This document shows positions 39,982-52,356 of a stretch of 64,000 nt of DNA, piece by piece. Source of the stretch: Felis catus (lineage: Eukaryota); contig NC_058368.1 of assembly GCF_018350175.1 (NCBI RefSeq), positions 10,664,001 to 10,728,000 of the forward strand, in the 5' to 3' direction. Under the pieces are notes generated by a model. That model saw only the letters and a program-made list of their open reading frames with translations, had not been told where the DNA came from and ran no database searches. The position numbers and the translations under genes are program-made. How positions within the stretch are numbered: position 1 is the first letter of the stretch; every line of letters begins with the position of its first letter.

Positions 39982-40759
39982 AAAATAGAACTACCTTATG
40001 ATTCAGCAACTGCACTATTGGGTATTTACCCAAAAAGTACAGAAACACTAATTCAAAGGGACGCGTGTGCTCCTAAATTTACAGCAGCTATTTATAATAG
40101 CCAAGATAAGGAAGCACCTTAAGTGTCCACTGACTGATGAATGGATAAAGAAGATACGGTGTGTATACACAATGGAGTTTTATTTAGCCATAAAAATAAT
40201 GGAATCTTGCCATTTACAATGACATGGATGGTGTCAGAGACTATAATGCTAAGTGAGATAAGTCAGTCAGAGAAAGACAAATATCATATGATTTCACTCG
40301 TATATGTAATTTAAGAAACAAAACAAATGAGTAAAGGAAAAGAAAGAGAAACAAACTAAGAAACGGATTCTTAATACAGAGAACAAACTGATGGTTACCA
40401 GAGGGGAAGTAGGTGGGGGGATTGGTGAAATAGGTGATGAGGGTTAAGGAGTACCTTGTTTGTGAGGAACACTGGCTGATTAAAATAAAAACTTAAAAAA
40501 AAAATCCTGGGATGCAATGTATTGACTATAGTCAATAATACTATAGTGCATATTTGAAAGTTGCCAAGAGATTAAATCTTAAATAGTCTTCTCATCAGAA
40601 AAAAATTTATAACTTTGCAAGGTGACGGATGGTAATAGACTTACTGTGATCATTTCACAGTGTATACTAATACCAAATCATTATGCCATACACCCTAACC
40701 TAATACTATATGCCAATTATACCTCAATAAAAATTGTAAATAAGTAAAACAAGAAATAA

Positions 40760-43700
40760 ACCAATTAGATAAGTTAAAATGAAAACACACATACAAAAAC
40801 TTAAGGGACAAGTGAAAGTGGGACTAGTGGGAAAACGTATTTATAAACACCTACATTAAAAAACAAGAACGTTTCAAATAACCTAATTTTACAACTTAAG
40901 GGACTAGGGGGGAAAAACAACCCAAAGCTAGCAGAAGGAAGGAAATAATAAAGATCAGAACAGATGGAAATAAATAATAAATAAAAAGAGTAGAAAAAAA
41001 AATTAAAATTGGTTTAAGTGCATCAACAAAATTGAATAGCCTTTACTTACACTAATAAAAATGGACAAAAATTTCAAGTTACTGAAATTAGAAATGAAAG
41101 TTTAGACATTACTATCAATACTGTAGAAATAAATTGGATTATAAAAGATCACTAGGAATAATTACATGCCAATAAGTCAGATCACCAAGAAGAAATGGAG
41201 AAATTCCTAGAAACACAAAACCTACTAAGACTGCACAAGGAAATAGAAAATGTGAATAGATCTACAACCAGGAAGCAAATTGAATCAATAATTAAAAATC
41301 TCCCAAGGAAAGCTGTACATCTGATGACTTCACTGATGAATTCTACCAAACATTTAAAGAAGAATTAATATCAATTCTACTCAAACTTTTCCCCCCAAAT
41401 TGAAGAGGGCACACTTCTTAATTCAATCAATGAGACTTGTATTATTACACTGATACCAAAGCCAGATGAAGACACTACAAAAAACAAACAAAACTACACA
41501 CCAATATCCCTTATGGATATTTACAGAAAAATAGCTATACAACTGACTAACAAGCTGAATTCAGCAGCATATTAAGATGATTATACACCATGACCAAGTT
41601 GGGTTTATTCCTGGAATGCAAGTATGGTTCAATAAAAGTCAATCGATGTAATACGCCACATTAACAGAATAAAGGAAAAAAAACCCCAATATGATCATCT
41701 TAATTGATGCTGGAAAAGCATTTGACAAAATTCAACACTTTTTCATAATAAAAACACAAAAAATGAGGCATAGAAAAAAACTATCTTAACATAATAAAAG
41801 ATATATATGAAAAACTCACAGTGAGCAATATAATCAATGGTGAATGACTGAAAGCTTTTCCTCTAAGATCAGGAACAAGACAAGTATGCCTTCTTTAACC
41901 ATATTATTCCACATAGTACTGGAATCTCTACCCAGAGAAAGGAGGCAAGAATAATTTTCTAATTTCCAAATTGGAAAGGAAGAATTAAATTTATATCTGT
42001 CCACAGATATGACCTTATATGTAGAAAACTCTAAAGATTCCACAAAAAAACTGTTAGCATTAGTAAATGAATTTAATGAAGTAGCAGGATATAAAGCCAA
42101 AAGACAAAAATAGTTGCATTTCTATACACTATCAATGAACAATTTGAGATGGAAATTACAAAAACAGTCCCAGTCACCATAATACCACAAGAAATAAAAT
42201 ACTTTGGAATTAACTAAGGAGGTGAAAGGCTTGTACAATGAAAACTTGCAAACATTCCTGGAAGAAATTAAAGAAGACATAAATACATGGAAACACTCCA
42301 TGTTAATGGATTAGAAAACTTAAAGTTGTTAAAATGTTAATACTACTCAAGTGATCTACATATTCAATGTAATCCCTATCAAAATCCCAATGACTTTTTT
42401 GTATTTTTTTTCAGAAATGGAAAAATGCAGCCTATAAACCATATGGAATCTTAGGAGATTTTGAGTAAAATAATCTTAAAAATGAACAAAACTGGAAGAC
42501 GCATACTTATTGATTTCAAAGCTGAGTACAAATGATAGCAATCAAACCAAAATGGTAGTGGCATAGAGACAACCATAGACCAATGGAATAGAATAGACAG
42601 CCCAGAAGTAAACCCTCATCCTATAGTCCAATGATTTTTGATGAGGGTGCCAAGACTGTTCAATGGGGAAAGAACAGTCCTTTCAACAAATGGTTCTGGG
42701 AAAACTAGATATCCTTATACAAAAGAATGAAGTTGGACCCTTACCTGATACTGTGTAGAAAACTTAACTCAAAGTGGATAAAAGACCTAAATGTAAGACC
42801 CAAAACAATAAACTCCTAGAAGAAGAGGAACTCTTGGACAAAGACTTTACCACATTGGATGTGGCAAATATTTCTTGGATATGACACCATAGTCACAGGT
42901 AACAAAACATAAAAATTGGACTTTATAAAATTTTTTAAAAATTGTGCATCAAAGACACTGTAACAGAGTATAATTCACAGAACAGGAAAAATATTTACAA
43001 ACCTTATATCTGGTAACAAGGATTAATATCTAGAATATGTAGAGAACTCCTAAAACTCAACAACAAAAACCAGACAATCCAATTAAAAATTGGGTAATGT
43101 ACTGGACTAAATACTTTTCTAAAAAAGATATACAGATAGCCAATAAACACATGAAAAGATGCTCATTATCACTAATCATTTGGGAAATCCAAATCGAAAC
43201 CACAGTTAGATACTTCTCAGATCCATTAAAATGGCTACTATCAAAAGAACAAAACAATAAGTGTTGACTAGGATATAGAGAAATTGGAACCCTTTTATTC
43301 TACTGATAAGAATGTAAGATGGTATTGTTGCTATGGAAAACAGTATGGTAGTTGCCCCCAAAATTAAAAACAGAATTACTAAGTAAATGATCCAACAGTT
43401 CCACTTCTGGATTGTCAAAGAATTAAAGGCAGGGTCTCAAGTAGATATTTGTACACCCATGTTCACAGCAGCATTATTTACAATAGCTAAAATGTAGAAG
43501 CAACCCAAAAGTCTATCAATTGATAAATGGATAAGACAACTGCAGTATATACATACAGTGGAATATTATTCAGCCTTAAAAAGGAAGACAATTCTGCAAT
43601 ATGATGTGATATGGGTGAATCTTGAGGCCATCACGCTAAGTGAAAGAAGCCAGTCACAAAAAGACAAATACTATATGATGCCACTTATAGGAAGTACTTA

Positions 43701-43926
43701 AAGTAGTCAATATTATAGAGGCAGAAAGTAGAACAGTGTTTGGAGATGGGGGAATGGGAAGTTATTGTTTAATAATACAACATTTGTTTTTACAAGATTA
43801 AATGATTTATGGAGATGGATGCCACTGATGGTTGTATTACACCATGAATGCATTTAATAACACTTTACTGTACACTTATAAATGGTTAAGATGGTCAGTT
43901 TATGCATTTTACCACAATAAAAAACT
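40760..43926 (+). mobile_element. Older L1 (L1MB-like), ORF2 middle through 3' end
   Basis: Continuous decayed ORF2 (TACACCATGACCAAGTTGGGTTTATTCC, GAAAAGCATTTGACAAAATTCAACA); ends TTTTACCACAATAAAAAA. Confidence 0.88.
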
Positions 43927-44004
43927 TGAAGAAAGGTACGACTTTAAGCTGCCATATTTGCAATAATTTTTACACAGTAACAGAAAACAAATAAAATGGC
44001 TAAC

Positions 44005-44135
44005 TTCATTTTATGAGATGAATGAATTCTTGCTTACAGAGTTTAAATAACTTGTTCAGGTTTATATGGCTGTAACAGAGATGGCATTTAGACCCAGGCA
44101 GTCGGAGGAAGAGTCCAAGATTTTAACCACCAATA
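44005..44135 (-). mobile_element. MIR fragment
   Basis: CAGAGTTTAAATAACTTGTTCAGG...GACCCAGGCAGTC...TTAACCAC. Confidence 0.65.
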
Positions 44136-44534
44136 TATGCTGTATGTCTTTCAAAATCTGCTTTCAGTAGGAAAAAGAGACTAATTAATTTTCAAAGTTT
44201 AAAAGGTCATTACATTCAATAACACATCACCAGTAGGATGTGATACTGAATAGATTTTGTTCCACCTTTAAGGTTTTGTATGCTTTTATTATAAAGGATA
44301 GGTTATTCAAATTTTGTAATATGAAGGGTTTTTGTTTATTTTGTTGTGGTAGGACATTATTCATAATAAGATCCAAGACTAAAAAAAGTGCATTTGTTAC
44401 TTAAAAATACTAGCAAGATGATGAAGCAAAAGCTGGTCTCAATTGTAAGTGCCTGATGTCATAGAATGAAGTACCATCAATCACATATGGAATAATGCTC
44501 CTGTGGTGTTTACACATTAAGGAAGCATTTCCTG

Positions 44535-45000
44535 AAAGCCTACAATGGATTGCTATTGCACATAGAATAAAATACAATTCCCTAGTCAGCTGCAACATGC
44601 ATTTTCAGCTTTAACTATTTGTCTTCATAAGCCTTTTAACTACAAAATGGCTCCAAAATGCCTGGTGCTTTTCTGTGTCTAAACCTACCTTCACCCTACA
44701 TCTAAATGAAATGATCTTCCTCTCCATCTTTGCCTCTAAAATTTTAACACATTCTTTAAAGTGGAGCTCAAATTCTACCTTGTTGGTACATTTCACTAAA
44801 AACCCCTGCTGGAAGTCATTTTTCTCTCCTTTATCTCTGTTGATATTTACTGTTTGCATGAATTCATCATATATTTTAATGAATTATTAGTATTCAATTC
44901 AACTTCTTAAATATTTGTGGGATTTCTAGGTGCTTTGCCAGACTCCAGAGAGAAAAGTCAATAAGACACAGCCCCTGCCTTCAAAAGTTCCTTCTCAGTT
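44535..45000. mobile_element. L2 3' relics (two pieces in opposite orientation)
   Basis: CAATGGATTGCTATTGCACATAGAATAAAATACAA; ATTCAATTCAAC...AAGACACAGCCCCTGCCTTCAA. Confidence 0.55.
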
Positions 45001-46776
45001 GATTAATAGCTATTTAAATGACAAATACCTAAGATTCCAAAGTAAATTTTAAAAAGCAAAGTTGGGCTTTCCTATAAAAAAAAAACCTTCATAACTTAAT
45101 GGGAAAAATAAACATTTATTTTAAAAACAAATGCCAATGTAGCTGGCAACCCAGATACACCAGTAAGTGCAGAAAAGAAAAGCCCTCTCTAACCAAACCA
45201 AACAACAACACAAAAAACAAAAACAAAAACAAAAAACAGGACAAGGGAAAGCTTAGTAAGACTAAAAACTATTAGATATTTATTTCTCTACTCTAGCCAA
45301 TTACCACAGAAAATATGGCAGAGACCCACTCATCCTTGCCCACAAAGGCAGAGTGAGAAACTCAGACCTCCATCCTTGCCATGCTGTAATAAGGTACCCC
45401 AAGACACTCACCATGGTGTGTTATGAAAGAAAGCTAAGTATAAAGATGGGATTTTCATCCCCAGGATATTATGAAGGCCCACTCAGCCCCATGGTGTCAC
45501 TGGGGAGACTGGAATTCTATTTTCTCAGAGAAGTAATGAAGTTCCTCTTCTCCCACACACAGGGATAATGTTGGAGGAGGCCTAGTAGAGAATGAGAGTG
45601 ATCCCCAAAACTCATATTCCCCTGTGATATAATTAGAGGCCATGGGGGGAGCAGAAATGAGACACTCTTAACCTTCTCAGCCAGAGTGTTATCTGAGGAT
45701 ACTGTTCAGAGAGTAGAAGCTCCCACCCCTTGACTCCAGTAACTAGAAGACTCTCATCCCATTGTTTGTCAATAGAAGCCCAGTGGGAAACCTACACTTC
45801 TACTCCAGCAGGCAGTAATGCAGCAGGATCACCTTTCCCCTCTTCTCTTGCTAATGTAGTATAGAGGGAGCTGGCTAAAATAGAAGGTTTTAATCCTTCT
45901 ATTCATAGATATTTAATCCTAAAATATCCAAAATATCATAATACAATATTAAAATATCCTGATTTCAATGAAAACATCACGAGCTTGTCATGCAAAGAAT
46001 CAGGAAATTTAAACTTGAATTAAGAAAACCAAAACCAAAAACACTCAACCAATACATGCAAACAAGATGACAGGAATGTCAGAATTATCTTCCAAAGATT
46101 TCTAAAGCTGTTATTACAATAATGCTTCAATGAGCAATTATGAGCATTCTTGAAAAAAAATGGAAAAATATAGAAAGTCTTACCAAAGAAATAGAAGATA
46201 CTAAATATAACCAAATAAAAATTCAAAACTAAGAAAATATAAGAAAAGTAAAACACATAGTGGATGGGCTCCAAGGCCGAATAAACAGAATGAAAGAATC
46301 AGTGAATATAAAAGTACAACAATATTAGAAAGATCAGAAACTACCCAATGTTAATGACACACATAAAATACACTTAAAAAAAAAAAAAAAGATGAACAGA
46401 GCTTCAGACCTGTGGGATTATAGTGCAAGATCAAATATTTTTTGCCATAGGAGTCTCAGAAGGAGCGAGGAAGACGGTGAAATTCAAAAAGTACTCAAAG
46501 AAACACTGGATGAAAACCTCCCAAATTGGCAAGATATAAAACTACAGATGCACTAAGCTAAGCAAATCCCCAATAGGATATACCCAAAGAATCAGACCAG
46601 ACCAAAACACATCACAGTCAATCTTGGGAAAAAAAATGACTTCTATCTCTATGGAAAAACTATTTGAATGGCTCCAAGTTCTCACTAAACATCATGGGGA
46701 ACAGAAGGCAGTGACACACTTCCCAGGTGCTGTAAGAAGAAGTTCTCTTCTTCCAGATAGGAAATGATAATAGAAG

Positions 46777-47506
46777 AGATTAAGTTTTGGGGTGATGGGT
46801 GTTCTTAGGGTCCAGGGCCATTGGCCAAGAAAGAATTCTTAAAGATGTCTTTGGGGCAAAAATGATGATTTTATTAAAGCACAGGACAGGATCCAAGGGC
46901 AGGAAGAGCTGTAGTGGGGTTGTAAATAGTGACTGGTTACATACAATGGAATGGAAGGAGGTAAAGACAAAAGGGAAGCCTCCAGAGGGAATTTGATATG
47001 CTAAAGAGGACTCCTAAAATACCCAAGGCCTTGCTATTATCAAGCTAAGGTTGTTTTTCCTCTAGTAAGGCATTAACATTAACATCAGGAGATTCCTGGA
47101 GAAATGTTATTATACTCTTTATTTGCCTCAAGTAGTTGCCAATGAGCTGTGGGTTATAAAGAAATTTAATTTTACCTGCCATTTCCTACTTGCCTTTGTT
47201 CCCCATACCCCTATGGAGGGGTGATGGTGGGGCTCCAGGAAACTGAGTCTACAGGTTTCTGTAGATTAGGCTATTAATAAGATTGCCTTTTTCTTATAAT
47301 TTACCAAAACATTTGTAAACTGATGGAGACTCATGCTCTGCATGACTGTGATCTCTATCAGTTAATCATTTGTTGTCTTTCCTTTCTTTGTCCTTGGGCA
47401 TCCAGGAGTCCCTGAGGAATATCACACATATCTCACACTGGGTGGGTGGGGGGGGGGGGTTGTTAGCTTGTGTTTTACCCTCAGCCTTCCCCTTGATCCC
47501 TCATCA
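46777..47506 (-). mobile_element. ERV solo LTR (carnivore ERV1-like), copy A
   Basis: Minus strand begins TGATGAGGGA; AATAAA signal; probable 4-bp TSD GAAG; homologous to 48367-48997. Confidence 0.85.
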
Positions 47507-47749
47507 GAAGCACTCTTGCCATATCAGGAAGGATGAAAAAAATAGTAGAAAGACTAAATATATGGGTAATTTTCCTACTGAGTTTTCAAAATGATATCTG
47601 ATGGTTAAATTCAAAATTACAGTAATGTCTGGGTAGTTTTAAATGTATGTAGAGGAAATAGTTCAGACACATTATATAAATGGGAGTGGTTAAGACATGT
47701 AAAAAGAGAGAGGGATTCTAACTGGTAAATGTCAATACTAGCAGACCGT

Positions 47750-48290
47750 TGTTTTAATACTACCCAGCATTTGTTTTAATCGGACATGGCAAGACACGTA
47801 GACACAAACATGACTGTCATGAAAGAGTAAGTTTTTATACTTACAGACTCCGAGAAACAGGGTGCTTGGCACATCATGCAGGGCCACATGGGGAAGCACC
47901 ATGGTTGGTCAGGAGGCAGGGAAAACGTGGGCAAGAGTCTTTACTGTAGTTTCTGTGGGGAAAACAAAGGAAAGCAGTATAACAAGGCATGGTATTGGCT
48001 ACTTTGAATAATTTCAGGGAGCTCTAGGGTACAGGGGCTGTCTTGAGCTCTCTGGTATCTTAGGTTGGTTAGGAGGATAGAGGTATAAGAGCTAGATACA
48101 GGAGGTGAGGGGCGGGGTGGTTGGCATTGGATTAATTGGCTTGCATATGAAAGGCACATTTACAGGTAAATCGTTTACTTTCTCTAGGAATTAGCAGCCC
48201 TGGAGGGAGCAGTTCTCCAGGATCTGCAAGACCCTAAGATGCCAAAGGATCAAACACACAAACTAGAAAACTAAAAAATATAGGTACTAC
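47750..48290 (-). mobile_element. MER74-like ERVL solo LTR
   Basis: Antisense CCTTTCATATGCAAGCCAA, TAATTCCTAGAGA and CATCTTAGGGTCTTGCAGA resemble MER74 consensus. Confidence 0.7.
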
Positions 48291-48366
48291 AACCTTGGTT
48301 GAACATGTGTGTGTGTGTATGAATGTATAACATATATATTGTGCATTACACTTGTTATGTATATAT

Positions 48367-48997
48367 TGATGAGGGAGCATAAGGCAAGCTGACAGGCCAC
48401 AAACATCCCTCTTCCAACCAGGTGGGATATATGTGATATTGATATTTCTCGGGCACTCTTGGCTGCCCAAGAACAAAGGAAAGGGGTAAAGAAATGGGTA
48501 ACTGATAGAGATCATAGTCCTGCAGGACCTAAGTCTCCATCACCCCTCCATAGTGGTGGGAAACAAAGGCTGAAGGAAGTGGCAGATAGAACTAAATTTC
48601 CTTATAACCTGCAGTCCATTGACAAATACTTGAGGCTGGCAGAGTAAAATGTTTCTATAGGAACTCTACTGTCTTAATGTTAATGTTTTGCTAGAGGGAA
48701 AAACAACCTTAGCTTGACAATAGCTAGGCCTACAGTATCCCGAGTCTTCTTTAGCATATGAAAATCTCACTGGAAACTTCCCCTGGACTTTACCTCCCCC
48801 AACTCAGTAGTATATAACCAGTTTCTCCTCATGGCCCCAGGGCAGCTCTTCCTGACCATAGGTCCTGTCCCCAAGTTTCAATAAAATCACCTTTTTGCAC
48901 CAATGACGTCTTCAAGAATTCTTGGTTGTCGGCTCTGGACTCCATGAACCTCACTATCACCCTCCCCTCCCCCCCCCCCAAAAAAACCCCCTCATCA
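48367..48997 (+). mobile_element. ERV solo LTR, copy B (same family as copy A)
   Basis: TGATGAGG...CCTCATCA terminal inverted repeat, TATATAA at ~48811, AATAAA at ~48880, flanked by TATAT. Confidence 0.9.
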
Positions 48998-50329
48998 TAT
49001 ATAATTGAATAATTAGAGCAAGAACTATAAAAAAGACTGGTACAGAAAGATTTTCTCAAAATCACTATAAGATATAAAAATGTAATTTTAAAGTATTTTC
49101 AAGTTACCAAATGGAAGACAGGGAAAAAAAAACAAAACAGAAATAAAAAATGGAGAGAACAAAAAGGAAAACAATACAAATGGGAAGAAACTTCCATTTT
49201 CAGCTTCCATATGCAGATTGCTTGGAAGTCATCATTTCTAGGCTTACAAACAACCAAAACCAGTCAGCAAACCAAATATCAAAGAACTGAGGTCACAGGG
49301 AAAACTGACACCTTAAAATCTGGAGAGACAGGCCAATCTAGAGTCACAGATAGGATTAGCTCAATAGGAGGTAGGTCCTTATGGTAGCAGAGACAGTACA
49401 CTTGATAGACATAGACTTTAAGGCAACTGTTTAAAATGTACTCAGAGAGCTAAAGGAAGCCACAAAGAGCTAATGGAATCCAGGGGAGCAATGTACAAAT
49501 AAATAGAACATATCAATAAAGAGAGAGAGATTATAAATAGGAACCAAACAAAAATTCTTGAACTGAAAATTACAATTACTGATACAAAAAACTCACTAGC
49601 GGGTTTCAATAGCAGCTTTGAGCAGGCAGAAAAAATGCATCACCAAACTTGAAGATAAGTCCTTTTTAGATCTCCCAGCCTAGGAGAGTTCTGGCCCAAG
49701 ATGGCAACTCAGAGAGATCCTGAACTCACCTCCTCCACAGATACAGCAATTTACAGAGAAATTCCTCCTGAAGAACTGAGGGCTGACTGAACAGCTTCTG
49801 CACAGCCAAAAAAAACCCAAAAAACAAAAAACAAAAAAACAAAACAAAAAACCAAACAACAACAAAACAAACAAACAAACAAACAAAAAACACAAAGAGG
49901 AAGGCAAGAAAAATGGACAGAGAAATAAAGGAAACCCTCACCCCAGATGCCGTGAACTATAGTGGAAGGGACAGTACTGAAGAGCCACAAGCAGATTTGT
50001 CTGCCCTGGACCCCAGTGGGGAAAGATAAAAAGCCTCAGTTAAAAAGAGCAACTAGAATATAGAGGGACTAGATCTAAACAGTGGAGGAGCTGCTAGAAC
50101 TCTCTCCTGGTCAGAAGGGCTGGTGAACGCCATGATTTTTGTTCCTCCTCCACCTTGATGGCTTGGACTTGAACAGAATCTTATCACGCTAACTGGCTTA
50201 CTGCCTCAGTGAGTCCCAGGTCTCTAGACTACACCAGCCCCAGCCATCCTACCGAGGCGGTCCCAGGGTGGTGCACACTGAGAAACCCATGGTCAGCACT
50301 CACTACAACTCCACCTGCCATACCAAATT

Positions 50330-51060
50330 GACACAATCCCAAAGCACCCTGGGACACTCCAGGCCTGCACTACTTTGGCTCCGGATGGCTTGCTACGGCA
50401 CCCCTGGTGAAGAGTGCTCCAGGACCTCCCAGCTGATGCCTGCTTCTGCTGCAGCCACCCCACCATGGTGTCCCCTGTACAGAGCACCATGGGAAATTCA
50501 GGCCCATGCCTTCCTTGGCTCCAGACCCCCACCAGGGGGCCTCCTGTGCTGAGCATGGTGGGACATTCAACTTGCACCCACTTCAGCTCCAGCCGTCCTG
50601 TCCTCCCCTGTGTGGAAAGCCTCAGAACATTCCAACTTGCATCCACTTCAGCTTTAGCTGTCCTTCCAGAGCAGCCTCCGTGGAGAAAGCCCTGGGATTG
50701 CGCAAGCTAATGCCCCCTTCCGCTACAGCTGTCCTGCCAGGGTGTCCCCGGCTCAGAGCATCCCAGGACTCCCCAATCTGTGCCCTACCTTGGCTCCAGC
50801 TACCCTTCAAGGACACCCTCTGGGCAAAGAGTCCCAGATAACCCAGCTTACACCTTCTTCAGCTGCAGAAGCAGCAGTCCTACCAGAGTACTGTCTCCAC
50901 GTAGAGCCCTGAAACCTGCTCTGCCCATGTGCACCCACTTTGGCTGTCCTGTCAAGACACCCTCTGAATGGAGAGCCACAGGACTGCCCTGGCCAATGCA
51001 TACTTCAGCTCCAGCTATCCCACCAAAATAGCTCCAGCACAGAGTGCCCCACAACCCATG
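50330..51060 (+). repeat. Degenerate ~65-72 bp GC-rich tandem array (~10 units) in L1 #4 5'UTR
   Basis: TT(C/G)(A/G)GCT.CAG recurs at ~50375, 50444, 50515, 50582, 50647, 50718, 50790, 50858, 50940 and 51004. Confidence 0.75.
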
Positions 51061-52306
51061 CCAGCCACAGGTTCAGCCAGCCAGAGAAAGTCACCAGACA
51101 CACACAGCCCACACAAGGGATGACCAGACACAAGACCACTCTTTCAAGTCTAGGAAAAATAATTGTTCCGCCTAATTTATCGAAATGAACACAGAAAGTC
51201 AAGTAAAAATGGGGAAAAGAGGAATATGCTCCAAATGAAAGAACAAAACAAAACTTCAGGAAAAGGAAAGTAAAACACAAGTGAATGGAGATAAGCAATA
51301 GGCCCGATAAAGAGTGTAAGCAATTATTACTAAGATGCTCACCAGAATGAAGAGAAGGGTGAAAGAACATACTGAGAACTTCAACAAAGAGATAGAAAAT
51401 ATAAACAAGAACCAGCCAGAGTAGAAGAATACAATAACTGAAACAAAAAATACATTAGAGGGAATCAACAGATTAATGGATGCAGAAGGACAGATCAGTG
51501 ATCTGGAAGACAGGGTAATGGAAACACTCAAGCTGAAAAGCAAGAAGAAAAAGGAATTTAAAAAATTAGGATAGGTTAAAGGACCACTTGGACAACATCA
51601 AGCAAACAACATTTGCATTATAGGGGTCCTAGAAGGATAAAAGAGAAAGAGGCAGAAATTTATTTGAAGAAATAATAGCAGAAAGTTTCCTTCACCTAGG
51701 GAAGGAAGTAGACATCCAGATTCAGAATATAGAGAGAGTTCCAAACAAGATAACCCCAGTGAGGTCCACATCACAACACACAGTAATTAAAATGTCAAAG
51801 ATTAGAGGTGAAGAGAGAATTTTAAAAGTAGCAAGACAGAAGCAAGAATTTACATACAAGGAAAATCCCACCAGCTACCAGCTAATTGTTCAGCAGAAAT
51901 TTGGAGGCCAGAAGGGAGTGGCATGATATATTCAAAGTGCTGAAGGGAAAAAAAAAAAAAATCTATAAGCCATGATTACTTTACCAGGCAAGGTTATCAT
52001 TCAGGACTAAAGGAGAGATAAAAAGTTTACCAAACAAACAAAAGTTAAAGAGTTCATCACTACTAAGCCAGTCTTACAAGAAATGTTGAACGGACGTCTT
52101 TAAGTGGAAAGGAAAAAGTCATAATTAGACATACAAAATTATGAATGAAAAGAAGTAAACTACAACAACGATACATAAAATATGGAAGGGAAGGTAAAAC
52201 AGAGAATGTCTTCAAACTAAAATGACCATCAACTTAATATAGACTGCTATAGTCAGGATGTTATATATGATCCTCATGATAACCCCAAATGTAAGACCTG
52301 TAACAG

Positions 52307-52308
<2 letters not shown>

Positions 52309-52349
<41 letters not shown>
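52309..52349. repeat. (CA)n microsatellite
   Basis: Direct reading. Confidence 0.95.

Positions 52350-52356
<7 letters not shown>

Larger units (their letters stand above)
32259..40503 (+). mobile_element. L1 #2: full-length decayed carnivore L1 nested in the 3'UTR of L1 #1
   Basis: Starts GAGGAGAGGAGATGGCGGC; ORF1 relic (ORF 33451-33696 EFKEVIIRILIGLEKRI); ORF2 EN/RT relics 34700-37460; resumes at 39431; A tail at ~40495-40504. Confidence 0.9.
24830..40735 (+). mobile_element. L1 #1: near-full-length decayed L1 (L1MA9-like 3' end); body 24830-32258, 3'UTR resumes at ~40504-40735
   Basis: 5'UTR, ORF1 relic (~26440-27990), EN relic (TGCTGCCTACAAGAGAC, GTAGGGGACTCTAA), RT relic (GCAGATGACAT ~30415), 3'UTR split by L1 #2; many stops and frameshifts. 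Confidence 0.85.
45140..49130 (+). mobile_element. Ancient L1M 5'UTR and ORF1 relic, interrupted by three solo LTRs
   Basis: Repetitive 5'UTR-like region 45330-45870; ORF1-like 46020-46735 (GACCTGTGGGA, GGAGTCTCAGAAGGAG, CCCAATAGGATA); A-rich L1 pieces at 47507-47745 and 49000-49130. Confidence 0.55.

Noticed and set aside
46777..48997. A provirus bounded by two LTRs
   Set aside because: The LTRs are inverted, have different flanking duplications and enclose no gag/pol/env sequence.
50268..51370. Dense overlapping ORFs on both strands
   Set aside because: GC-rich tandem array in an L1 5'UTR, where stop codons are scarce; no recognisable protein.
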